This document shows, one piece after another, positions 26,839 to 42,140 of a stretch of 55,670 nucleotides of DNA. Positions within the stretch are counted from its first letter, which is position 1. Every line of letters starts with the position of its first letter. The notes below the pieces were generated by a model. The model made no database searches, was not told the origin of the DNA, and saw only the letters and a program-made list of their open reading frames with translations. Both the position numbers and the translations under genes were made by a program. The DNA comes from Vermamoeba vermiformis (lineage: Eukaryota): contig JBEWZL010000216.1 in the NCBI GenBank assembly GCA_045837725.1, positions 434,001 through 489,670 on the forward strand. Direction: 5' to 3'.

Positions 26839-27881
26839 ATGAACAAGTTATTAGTAGCTTTGCTCATTTGCGCTGCCTTGTGTGCCTATTCACAGGCTGA
26901 CAAATCCATTCACGCTCCTTACGTCCACCAAAAGTGGGATACACCTGATTGGTTCAATGGTGGATGGTAATTTTTTTGCAAGTGTAATTAATTAAGAGAT
27001 GCTAGATAAGAGATTTATTTCAACGGAATTGATCGACAGTGTCTCTTCGATCTTGACTTTTGGAAGGACTAATGTGTTGACGGACTATTAATTTGTTTGA
27101 AAAATAGGGCATGTGGACCTACCAGCACGGTAATGGCAATTGCTGCATTCAAACACTTGCAACCTCATCCGATCAACTGCTCTTATCCTTCTCGTCACGA
27201 AAACGACTACGGATGGTGAGCAAACAATGAACTACTAATAGTTACAGCTATATCACGTGAATTTAGCGTTAAATATTCAAAGTTGTCGTTAACTAACACA
27301 TCCCGTTTAGGTATGTGCCCAGCAAGTACACTGCTTACGGATATACTTTCGATCGCATGCAACACGATGCTAGTGGCAAGCCTGCTTGGGGTTTGTACGG
27401 TCACTGCACTGACGGAGGTAAGCAAACCAGAATTCCGGAATTAGATCTGATTATTATGTAGGCGCTGCTTGGGCTTCAAGAATTCAAGATGCGTTGACAA
27501 AGCATCAATTGAAGAATAAGTTCTACGGCACTGCTACTTTTGCCGAGATCAAGGCCGCCATTGACCAAGGTCAGATCCATCTCTGGTTGAATGCCCTTTT
27601 TGTGGACTGACACTTTGACAGGTCACTTAATCATTTTGTCCACTCAATTGACCTCCGCGGGCCATTTGATTCTCGTTCGTGGCTACACTAACTCGCCACA
27701 ACAACTGCTTGTTAACGATCCTTGGGGTGATGGTACTCGCTCGCATCTTTCTTATCTCGCTCATATCTAACACTTTGCTGCAGCTGACAAGCCTGGCTAT
27801 GGTCACTACAAGAACGGTGAAGGCATTTACTATGCTTACACCAGAGTCAGCGCCAAGTGGATGGTTGAGGCCTGGAAATAG
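26839..27881 (+). CDS. Secreted papain-fold peptidase, C39-like, five exons (only fragments appear in the ORF track)
   Basis: Signal peptide MNKLLVALLICAALCAYSQA. Spliced sequence YVHQKWDTPDWFNGGWACGPTS (Cys), GHLILVRGY (His), VNDPWG (Asp). TAG at 27879-27881. Confidence 0.8.
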
Positions 27882-27976
27882 ATCCAACCGTTTTTACGCT
27901 CCTAGTTTTAGACTAATAAATTAGTGCTATTGTACTCTAACATGTGTTAATACACAACATCTATTTATAAAAAAAT

Positions 27977-30089
27977 CTAAGCCAAAGCATAAGCAACTTT
28001 GCCATTCTCAATCATGGCCACACGCAACATCGAGGTACCACCCTTGACACCTTCAACGGCACCAGAAGTAACCACGATGTAGTCGCCCTCTTGCACAAAC
28101 TTGTCACGCCATGCGCGCATGATGGCTTGTTCGGCTGTCTTTTCCACAACACCGCTCAACTTTTCAACCAAGTAAGGATAGACACCACGTGTGACTAGAG
28201 CGAACAAGTTAGTTTAATGCCCGCACAGTAGGCTTACTTGGTCGACTTACCGAGCAGCTGTTGTGCCACTTGGCGTGAGTCAGTGATGCAGACAATCGGT
28301 GAGTGAGGTCTGTACTTGGACACTAAGCGTGCAGTGTTACCAGAGACGGACAGAGCGACAATCAAGGCTTGAATCGCACGAAGATAATTAGTATTGAGTC
28401 GACAGAATGATAGCGATGATGCTGCTTACCTGCTTGAAGATCCCAACTGGTCTTGACGGCTGACGAGGTGACAGACTCGGGCACGTTGAATTTAGGCACT
28501 TTGGCGGTCATCTCTCGCAGCTTCAAGAACAATTCACGGTAGTTGATTTGAGCCTCGGCTTCAATGCAAATCTCGCCCATAATCTTCACACTCTCGACAG
28601 GGAAGCTGCCCATCGCAGTCTCACCAGATAACATGACGCAGTCTGTGCCGTCAATCACCGCGTTGAAAACATCAGCTACTTCAGCACGAGTGGGACGTGG
28701 ATTTTGAATCATTGACTCGAGCATCTGAGTAGCGGTAATGACGGGCTTGCCAGCAACATTGCACTTGGCAATCATTTGCTTTTGGACTGTGGTAACTTCA
28801 GGCAACGAGATCTCGACACCCATGTCACCACGTGCAACCATCACGCCATCAGTCTCGGCGAGAATCTCGTCAAAGTTGTCAATGCCCTCACGATTCTCGA
28901 TCTTGGCAATAATCTTGAAGTTGTTCTCTCTGACGCCAGGAAGGGCTCGAATATCCTACCGCAGGTTAGACACACTGTATATTATTATTGAGCTTACTTT
29001 AATATCTTGTGCTTTACGAATGAACGAGCCAGCGATGAAGTCCAACTTGTTCTTCACGGCAAACTCGACGAACTCCTTGTCCTTCTCAGTGACAGCAGGC
29101 AAGTCGATAATCTCGTCAGGAATGTTCACGTTCTTGTTCTCGCCGATCACTGCATTGTTCTCAACCAAGCACGTGACTGTGTCGGTCAAATTGCTTGAGA
29201 TAACAGACAAGCCGAGCAAACCATCGGCCACAAGAATTCTCGTCATTTTAGGCTTGGCAATTTGTGGAAGCTTCTTGTAGGTCATATAGAGGAGCTTATC
29301 GTCACCTACAGACTGTGTTAGCTACTGAAGTCTCCAGGTGGCTCGCAACTAATCCTACCTTCCGTAGCTTTGTCAGCAACTGTAATGTTGATAATTGTAC
29401 CCTTCTGGAACACCCATTCTTTTTTGTTGTCACGCGAGGGGTTAGGCTTCATTTTGCCCGTACGAATTTCAGGACCCTAGCCGATTAGATCAGATCAAAA
29501 AATCTACCTGAAACTACAACCAAACGCACCTTAATATCAATCAAGATCGCGCACAAAGTTCCTCGTTTCTTGCAAGCCTCGCGAGTATTATCGATGATAG
29601 ATTGATGGAACTAATTGGGAATTTTGTGTTAGTAAATCCAGAAGCGTCTACGCGGGACCATTGCAAGTCTTAAAGTAGGACATAATTAAGCATTACGTAC
29701 ATCGAAATCACCATGAGCAGTATTGAGACGGACTACGCACATTCCGGCGTCGAGCATCTCGCACAAAGTATCAACACTGTTGGATTTAGGCCCAATTGTG
29801 CAAATGATTCTCGTCTTTAATTTTACGCCCTTCTCCGCTGTTATTGCATTACCATTAATACTCATTAATAGCTAGAATCATGCCAGCAAAATTAAATTAG
29901 GAAAACTTTTTAATTTTAAAACTTCGGGTTATGCTTTGGAAATCGGGCATAATATTCCAGTCCGACATTGTGCAAGCAGCTACTTTCCATATTTTCCAAA
30001 TTGAAGGTAAAATTTAAATGCTTACTTGCGGATTGATAAAGTACACTGGAGGATTTTCTTAAGGCATCAACTTCACTGGCGGCGTCCAT
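27977..30089 (-). CDS. pyk: Pyruvate kinase
   Basis: [73 protein letters not shown]. Confidence 0.96.
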
Positions 30090-30547
30090 CTTCTATTGTT
30101 AGTAACTGTTCGATTGTGGTTGTGGGTACGTGAGCGATTGAAAAAAAAGGGCTGAAAAAGGACACAAAAGTATCGTTCAATAAAAATTCAATTCCGCCCG
30201 TCCTCCCGCAAGTCACAAACACGCGTGATACTTCTGATAATGAGCACATACTTCTTTAATGCCGAATTTTAAAAGACATATCACAGAACATGTTAATGAG
30301 CGAAACAAATTGGCACAACGGTCGTCTGATTTAATCCGATCAAGGTTCGTGCGACAATTTTGCTTTAAATATTAATTTTACATATCTTTTGATGTGTCTT
30401 ATGTTAATGTTAATTTTTGGTGCTATTCATTGCTTTTTCTGTGCTAATTGGGATATTTTTGTATTTTCTGTTGAAATATCTTGACGCCTTCAAATTGGCC
30501 CGACGCAGTCAATCACATTATCCTTTTATCTGATACATAAACAACAA

Positions 30548-32066
30548 ATGTCTCTCATATTTGATTACTTCGAACTTTTCGGAGAGGTCGAGCCAAGCAA
30601 GCCCATCATTCCTGTGGTGACTGGAGCCACAGGGATTAATGGCAATGCCATGGTGAGCTATCTATCTCACTTTCCAAAACAAGTTCCTTTGATAATAGCG
30701 ATATCCAAATCGACGCTGAACACGCCAGAAACGGATTGGTACGATGCGCCACACGTTCGTCACTTGGCCCTGGACCTGCTTGATACCGACAAAGTGAACG
30801 AGCAGATTGCAGCACATAAGCATTTGTTCCTCCAAGCTACGCATCTATTTCATATGTCTTACGTTGAGAAGGACTCGGATGAAGAGATGATCGAGGTAAA
30901 CATGAAGATGTTGAGGAACATTATCGAAGGCCTCGAGAAGGTCACGCAACTTGATCACGTAGCATTGATTGACGGTAAGTCCATGTTCAATGATCAAAGC
31001 TCGTTTATCTGACCTATTCCTAATTAGGCGACAAGTACTACGGATCGCATCTTGGCCCGCACAAGACGCCTTACAGAGAGGACGATCCAAGACCTGACAT
31101 CAAGCTGTTCTATTATCCTCAAGAGGATTATTTGAAAGAGCGTCACAAGTCGGCTGGCTGGAACTACACCGTGTTGAGGCACGTTTGGATTTAGCTTATT
31201 TCAATTACAAGGACTAACCTTTTCTCCATTGTAGAGCGAGTGTTATATTGGGATACTCGTACAACAGTTTTATGAACTTGGGTGCGACACTTGCAGCTTA
31301 CGCGGTCCTGTGTAAAGAAGAAGGCGAGAAGTTCGTGTTCCCCGGCAGCGAGAAGAGCTGGAACTGTTTGCTCGACTTCTCCGACGTCCATTTGATCGCC
31401 AAGATGTTTGTGTGGGCTGCAGTCACAAACAGCGCATGGAACAACGCCTTCAATGTCGTGAACGGAGATCAATGGAGGTAAGTCTAGCTGCGTTTCAACA
31501 ACGATAGTACACCGCATTAATGGCGTGATCTTTAGATGGTCCGAGTTGTGGCCTAAATTGGCCGAATACTGGGGCGTGGAATGGTCTGGTCCGCAAACAA
31601 AGTCTTTCTCGTTGGAGGAGAAGATGAAAGGCAAAAGTAAGCATTCATTAAGTACCGCGACTATATTGATATGATGTTGGATTAGACGGCGCATGGAAAA
31701 AAGTCGTCGCCAAGTACAAGCTGGCTGATTTGGATGTGGATCAGATCGCCACCTGGAAGTTTGCGGACATGGTTCTTGGACGGTAAGTACATTATTTCCT
31801 AGTACCACATGTATTGATTTATATCCAGCGAATGGGACTCATTCAACGATATGACTAAGGCTCGCGAGTTTGGATTCGCCGGATTTGCAAACTCGCTTGT
31901 GTCCTTTAAGAAGACCTTCTTAGCTTATGAGCGTCGGGGCATCATACCAAAGATCGACGTCCTATCTGAGCATATTAAGGAGAGACACGATCAAATTGCT
32001 GCAGAGAAGCAGCAACAAGAGCTCGGAGTTCAACAGCCGTTCCCGAGCAAACCTGTACAAGGCTAA
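30548..32066 (+). CDS. Atypical SDR / NAD(P)-dependent epimerase, PRISE (progesterone 5-beta-reductase/VEP1-like) family
   Basis: VVTGATGING, NMKMLRN, GDKYYG, TPYREDDPR, FYYPQED, AFNVVNGD, MTKAREFGF. One GC-AG intron at 31179-31234. Confidence 0.85.
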
Positions 32067-32099
32067 CGAGCAAACCTGTGCAAGTCTAACGAGCAAACT
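32044..32099 (+). repeat. 23-bp tandem repeat (about 2.4 copies) spanning the SDR stop codon
   Basis: CGAGCAAACCTGTACAAGGCTAA / CGAGCAAACCTGTGCAAGTCTAA / CGAGCAAACT. Confidence 0.8.
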
Positions 32100-32411
32100 T
32101 TTTGTGACAATCTACAAGAGATTGTACTGCTGGCTCTACGTTTAATAAAAGTCTTTTCTGGAATATTCACAAGCGCCTCCGTTGCAGGAAAGAGTCTTCG
32201 CCTCCACATTACATGCACAACCACAAGTTTGGTCGATTATGCAAAGACCATGAATGTTCTAAGCGACGTGCAAATTTGGTTGTGGACCTTCGGGGAGATT
32301 TCATTGTGGGTAGCCAAAAAAAACAAAAAGGGACGAAACGAACATTTTTTTATTATCATTTTTCTCCAACGCAAGACTTCCTCCTAACATTGTAATTATT
32401 ACTCATAAGCA

Positions 32412-35400
32412 ATGGAGAAAACTACTACTTTTCCGGCTGGAGGCAAGGTTGAGTTGTTGAAATCTGTTGAAAACTTGCCCTACCGCAAGAGAATCGCAGC
32501 CGCAGCAAAACTCGGCCGAGACCACAAGAAAAACCCTCAATTGAAGACCTTGATCAATGAGCTTCGCACGGTAAATATATTGAATTCCAAAATCTGCTTT
32601 TTGTGGGTTGAATTGAATTGAATGAATGCCAACTATTCTTTATATGGTTTGCATGGGGCATATTAATTAATATTCTTGACCAGCATCCTGCTCCTCCTGC
32701 AGTTGAGCGAGAAGTCGAAGAAGGATTTAGCAATATGCTTTCGTCCCAACAACGTGATGTTGCCAAGTACTACAACGAAGACCAGATGGTACGAGCTATA
32801 CTATTTTGTGGCTACTTTGAATCGATTTACTAATTGTGTTCAGGCGTTGAATGCTGCTGTCGCTTCTCACGAGCACTTGGACGTTCTTAAAGACGAACTT
32901 ACTTCTCAATCTGTTTCGTTTAAGAAGCTTGTTATCAAGGAGGTTGTGCGTCAAGATAAATCCGACGACTTCATTCGGGGTCAGATCTTGACAGCTCCTC
33001 GTGCCGTTCGTAAGCAACTTATTGGCAAGTGCATCAAGTTCCGCCGCGTTGCTTTGCTTGAGTCGCTTATCCCCGAGATTCTCAAGCTTCACGGTGCTGA
33101 CGAAGTGGCCTCCTTTTTGCACGGCTGCAGCGACAAGGTTGTCAAGGAGCACCTCACTCAAGGTGACTTAATCCACAACAAAAACCTGAACTGGGCTCAC
33201 TTGGCTCGCTACCACGGTGCTTTGATTGTCTCTTTGATGGAAGCAGAGCTCTCCACTTCCTCCGTGTGGAATCGTGCTGGTGTATTTGAAAATTGGGAGG
33301 ACTTGTTGAGCAGTAAGTAGTTAATTTCAGTTGTTGATAACGTTATATTTATTGATTCGTTATTTAGAGAAGGGAATGTCCGAGCTTTTGTTTAACAGCA
33401 AGCAGACTCTTGCCCTTATTGCGCTGGTGCGCAAGTATACTCCTGCTCAGTTTGAAGCTTATAGCAATCACCGTACCGAGCCTAAAGACTTGGCATCGCA
33501 ACTCAAGCTCCCTGCGCAGTGCTTCATCTACTCAGTGCCTCGATTTATGAATACTTACCTCTCGCACTTCTTGAACCACAAGAGCACTTTGGTTCCGCTG
33601 ATTGACTTCCTAATCGAGCGAATTGATGACTCCCGAGGTTATTTGCGAGTGTGCATCCCTAATGGCATTTGGTATAAGCACGTTGCCGCTGATCAAGTCT
33701 TGCGCTTCATCAAGGCAGTATTCGCCAAGTCTACCCCGGCCACAAGGGCAGCCAAATATTCTTACGATGTTCAGCTTTTGCGCGACATTCAGCAATTTTC
33801 CTTGCGCCACTTCGGCATGGGCGAGCTACTTGACTTGGCAAAGACGTTGCACTCTGTCTACGAGAAGATCCAAATTGATAATGGAGATGCCCGTGTCAGC
33901 ATCTTCCACGTCCTCAACTTGTTCTACAGCGAGTTGAGCAACAGAGTGAAACGCGCTATGAAGACTGGCTTGAAGAACGACAAGGTGGCTAATCTCGACG
34001 TTATCATCAAGTCTTTCAACGACATTAACAACATTCTGATGCCTATTACTATTCCTCGTATTGAGGCAAAGGCTGTTGATGATACTCTGCTGAGCTCGTT
34101 GACCGATCTCTTCAGTGTTTGCCCTCCAGTGCCCGAGCTCTTGAAGTCTCTATTCGAACGTATTGGCAACCTCTTCGCGACTGAAGAAGCATATCCGTCA
34201 ACTCCCGCTCGTTTGGATGCTTATTCCTCAAGTGGTCGCGAGCGCGCAGAGCAGCTTTACACCAGACATCTGGACAACTTGCTGAAGCATCTCATAACAA
34301 CCCATCAAAAGGCGTCCAAGAACGAAAGACTCGACGAGAAGCAACGTGCTATCGCAGTAGAGCAGCAAGGTGCTCTTTTCAAGGCGATGTGGCATATTTT
34401 CACCCGAGATCCGATGGAAAACACTCAAAGAATCGCTAAATTCTACCCGTACATGTCCCTAGAGTTGCGAGAGTCTTTGTGGCGCGAGCATCTTGGCGCC
34501 CCTGAAGACCGATTGAAGATTTTGGCTGGTGAGCACTTTGAGCATATGATGCGACTGTTCAATTTGTTGCCCATCAAGGCCATTCAACCAACGGTCAAAG
34601 CTCTTCTTTCTGATGAAGCTGTTATGACTAAGCTTGCACGTGACAAATTGCTTGCTTACCAAGATATCGAAGATCACGACATTAGAAAGCAAATGCAAAA
34701 GGCTGCTGACTCGAAGAATCCTACCGAGCGCTTGGCTGCCATGAAAAGATTGGTTGTTGCCACGATCCTGTCTAAGTCCGCCGTGCAAGCCGGCAGAACT
34801 TTGAAGTACATTCGTGACAAGATCAAGAACGAGGCCATCGACCGAAGAAATGAGGTGTTGAACTGCTTGGTGTACTTCACTGGCCCCAAAGAAGCTCACG
34901 AATCCGTGTTGCAACGAGAGAAGAAAGAAGTCTACGCTAACTCTTTCTTGCGAGAAGATACTCCCGAAGAACAATTCGAGATGTGGCTCAAGTTATTGCA
35001 AGATTTGTTGGAAGCTCCTGATTTGAATCGCGTTAACACAGATGACTACTCCGCCATTGAGAATCACGCATCCTTCAAGCACTTCTGGCACTTGAGCAAG
35101 TGCGCTATTGCTCGAGGAAGCGAGTTCCCCATGACTGAGCAAGGAAATGCTCTTAGCAGTCGATTCCTTGCTTTCGCTTTCGAGATTCAATGGCGCATTG
35201 GCCTCTACATCCGTGGTGATCGCAAGGCTGTAGAGAAATTCAAATTGGCCACGCAGTTCGTCTCACCCACAACCTCGTTGCCCTATCCAGCTGTTAAAGT
35301 CGGACGCAGAGTGAAAAGTGCTGGTGTTAGCCACGACCCGTTCAAGCGACGCCCAGCATTTGCGAAAAGATTTGTCGAGACCATTGTCAACATCGCTCTG

Positions 35401-38400
35401 CCCAAGTTCAGAGAACGTTTCCCTCGCATGAAGGTCCACGAATTGGGCAACTTCTTCGCTCCCTTGTTCCAAGCTGCAAATGCTTACTGGAAAGATCTCC
35501 CTGTCCTTACCAGCTACTTGAATGATGCTTTGGAAAATTTGAAGAAAACCAGCAAGAAGGACGAGGAGGGTTTGTTGATCATTGAACACGACAATCCGAT
35601 CTTCAAGGTGTTTGAGCCTTTGCTCACCTTCAAGCGCCAAGAGCATTGGTCGAAGATTCCTGCTCTCAATGATTACGTCGAAACGATTCTTCACTCTCGT
35701 CAAGCACCTACCGTTCTCAAGCCGTGGATGTACCACCACGAGGTTTCGTTGACCAAGAAGGGAACCAAAGCTCAACGTGCTCAAAAGCGCGATGAAACTG
35801 TCACCAAGTTGCTTTCGATCAGCAAATCGGCATTGCACTTGAAGTTTGTCTGGCATCACTTGTTCGAGAATCGACAGGATCTTCTCGACAAGTACATTAA
35901 CGAAGCTGACCCCAAGACTTACCGCGGTGTGTTCTTTGTCAACCCTGACGATAGACCTTTGTACAAGAAGACTGAAGTCGAGAAGGTTGTTATTCAAGCA
36001 AAGGTTGGAGTCCGTCGAGTACGCGGAGCTGCTACGCCAGTCACGACAGTTATCAAGGGTACTGCAATGCAACAGGCAGTACACAATGTTCGCGAGGTTA
36101 TTGCCAAGCAAAACGATGCCGAAGACAAGATTAAGGATGAAATGTCTCTCAATGGCGATCACCGGGACTTCTACACCTTTGAGGCCTGCTACAAGCTGAA
36201 CAGATTGCTTCCCAGACAGTCACTGACTTTGGCTGCTCAATGGCTTCGTCAGTTGTTGAACGGCGATAGACCAATGCCCGAGCGCATCAAGGCCGCCATC
36301 AGATGGACTTTGTTGCCTACCACTGCTTACTACGATGTCGTCAAGTTCTTGAACGAGTACGAAAAAGAAGATGAAAAGACAAAGCGCCAAGCCTTGCCAG
36401 TCAACTTAATTGAGCCCGTTTTACGTGGTGCCATGTACAACGACGAGCCTAGTGCCGCTTTACGCTGGTTGTTGAGCCCTGAATTCCTTGGCTCTGAACG
36501 TGCTCGTGTTGCGATATACGCCGTTGCTCAGTGCGTGCCTCACTTGCCGGATGACGGCCTTACCAAGATCTGCCGAACTATTTTGACTGGAAAGAACCGC
36601 CATCAGCTCAAGGTTACGGCGTACAAGGAAATCATGCGCTTGTTAACTTCCTCACCAACTACTGAGAACATCGAGATGGTCTTGCACGAATGGAACCGTA
36701 AAGAACTCCACCGCGACGTTGCCATCACCATCATTCAATGTGCTTTTGCCTTCTTGAAGTCTCCGGACGAGAACAAGAATGCTCTCGGTTGGAAGATCCT
36801 TGAATTGACCTTCGAGAAGTATCCCAGCCACTCTGAAATTCTGACAACTTTGTTGGCCACCAAATCCACAAACGCAGAGCAGCATCTTAACGTGGCACCT
36901 GAATACAATGGACAAGAGATGCAACAGCCACGCGTAAAGGAACTCATGGACGATCTTGCCAAGCGCGAAATCCCCAAGAAGCACGTTGTGGACTACATTA
37001 ACAAGGTTATCAAGCGATTGGTTAACCTCGAAACTCTTGATGAAGATGACGATGTGAAGCACTTGGCTCGTGTTAGCTTGTTCTACTGGCGTGAACAGGA
37101 GGGCAAAGAAGGCGTTGAGTACTTCATCCAAAACGCTTTGAAGTTCTTGTCCAACTTCGGCTCTAAGCTCCTAAGAAGCACAAAGGTCGGCGATCAAAAG
37201 GTGTTCTATGCACGCTCGACAACAATGTGGAACTACTTGGCTACTTGCTGTGGTATTAACACCGCATCCAGCACCTACGTTCGTGGCAAAGGAAATGTCG
37301 AACGCACACTGGGAGACCGTGCCTCGTTCATCAAAGCTATCGAAAATTACACAGCGGAAATTGGCCGCTTATCTAAAACCAAGTGCACTGCCGAAGAAAG
37401 CCGCGTTCGTGTTATCTTATTGAACGTGTTCGATTCGGTTTTGACCGATGGAAAGATTTGGCCGACAACCGCCATCCAATCGGGCTTCTTCGATCGTCAG
37501 ACCGAGCTTAAATTGATTGCTCCAATCCAAAAGTAAGTTGCTTCTTTTAGTTCTTACATATACTTACGTTGAGTGCTAGGTTGGGTAACATGTACTGGCT
37601 CGAGACTACCAAGAGAATCTTGAGGGGTCTTCGTCAACAATCGCCCTCTGTTGTGGTTGGTCCTATTCGTGACGCCTTCACTTTCGTTCTTTCGCACCAA
37701 ACCTTCGTGTCGGAAATCGTCAGTGCAATCGGTGAATATGTCAGCACTTCGTACCACTATTGGCAATACAATGAACAGAACGACGTCCACCAAGTCTTGC
37801 GCGAGGTCTTCGCTCCTACTTTTGTCAACACTTCCAATCTCGGTCCTGAAGCCTCCGCTTTGTTGACGATGCTGCGCGTTAAAATGGTTTCCTACGCACC
37901 CAAGTTTGCCGAAGTTGGCGAGGAAAACCTGACGGTCGCTAATTTAATTTATGGCGGCATCAAGCAACTTGCCGAAGTTAAAGCCGTCCTCCCTCCTGAC
38001 TTCGACTTGTTCACCGAGATGCTCAACCTCTTTAACAAGATCTGCACCACGCTCAGCCCTAACGTCTGGAACGGCACTCGTACTTTCACTGCAGAAACTC
38101 AGCAGTTCGTGAAGACTGTGATCGATCAATGTCTGAGTGCTCCTGCAAGTGGCCGCGAGGGTGAACTCGCTCGTGAATTCATTACCCGCGCCTTGACACA
38201 ACACCCGGAGGACTTGGCTTTGACGTACCACGATGTTGCCGATCACAACAGATTGATGTACGCCGTGCTTTTGCACGCAGCTTCACGCGACTTGTCAGCC
38301 AGCACCTTGGAGTCTACCTCAAAGTGCATCGTCGGTTTGGTTAGCGACATCCACTTCTACGTGGACAAGGTGTTCAACAAAAACACTAGACAGCGAACCA

Positions 38401-39008
38401 ACAACGATTTGAACGAGTCTCCCGCGACCGTTGCTGCCCTTAATGCATTCTTGAGCGGAGGAGTCCTCAGCCAAAAGAAGGATGAAATCAACGCCTTAAA
38501 GATTAGCGATGCCATTCAGCTCTTGATCGGCACCACTGGCATTGCACTCCTGAATGAATTCCCTAGCTACTTGTGGATCAATTCAGATGCATCTTTCGCC
38601 TTCATCCGAAACACCCTCTCATTCGGTCAAAAGCACGCTAGTGCCAAGCAACTTACTGCCAACCTCACCGCAGCCTTCAACCGCGCTATGACTTTGTCTT
38701 GGAACACTAAGGAAGATGAAGCTGAGGACGAAGAAGAAGAAAAGCCCAAAGACAAGAAGAAAGAAAAGCACTACGACCTCACTGTGACCGTCGATCTTGT
38801 ACGCCGATTGATGAAGGAAAACAATCACTTGGCTCGCTCGATTGCTTTGCAATTGGTCATCACTGCCTCCTGGGAGACTGCTTCCGGTGATGACAAAGTT
38901 TCTCGTCCCGAACTCGTTGCGTTGTTGGAAGAATTCTACAACGACGCCGACGAGACTTTGCGCGTCACAGCCCTTAAGGTGCAAACTGCTGGCAAGCGAT
39001 TCAAGTAA
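32412..39008 (+). CDS. Large uncharacterised, probably alpha-helical protein of about 2,100 aa
   Basis: ORFs 32412, 32676, 33331 (1401 aa) and 37569 (479 aa) join through four short GT-AG introns and show coding-like composition. No catalytic motif recognised. Confidence 0.8.
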
Positions 39009-39117
39009 ATTCGGCTACTGTGTACTGAGAATAAATTAAACATTATTACTAAGATTCATGTTCATGTGACCTTTAAATATTACAAGTGTTATAAGTCTCA
39101 ACTTGGGCTGTCGTGCT

Positions 39118-41416
<2,299 letters not shown>

Positions 41417-42140
41417 GATTGACAGAGTTTGAATTTTAAAATTTGATCAATCAACCGAAATCTTTTAAGTCGTCACCGAGTTTAAACACCTCACGTTGCG
41501 TGCATGTTTTAAGTTAGTGAACACGGCAAAATAAGCGCTTTATTACGAATAAATGGTGCGGAGGATGCAATCTGTCGAACCAACTCACGTAGATAAGCAC
41601 GTAGTGATTAATAATAATTATATAAAATAGAATTAATTTTATCCATAATACCTAGTCTTATTTCGTATTAAATAGTGGTCAAAATAATTTAAATATAACA
41701 TTTTTTTGATTTACCAATGCGATTTTAAAATATTTTCCTCTTTGATCACGCTCATTATTTGTTATCTACTAATTTTCGAGTTGCAGTTACAATATGCGAC
41801 TTTCAGACGACGGGTTGAGGGGATTGGTGGTATAATTGAACATTCAATTAAATGTCACAGAACGCTCTTCATCGGTTAGTGAATATGACCACATACTTCT
41901 AAACGTTCACTGACGATACAAATCTGCAGGAGATTTCTTCGTTTTGAATTTCATTGCCGGCCTGCTCCTGATTGGTCCTTCTCTGAAAATTTTGGCAAAT
42001 TTCGGTTCTGTCTGTGTGTAATATTCGGGTATTAGAAGTATGGCTTCATGATCGCGGAGTGAATTACAGCGCAGGTAGAAAAACCAACGCGAATTCGTGC
42101 AATATTAATCAGATTAAAATTTAGATTGACACTGCAAGTC

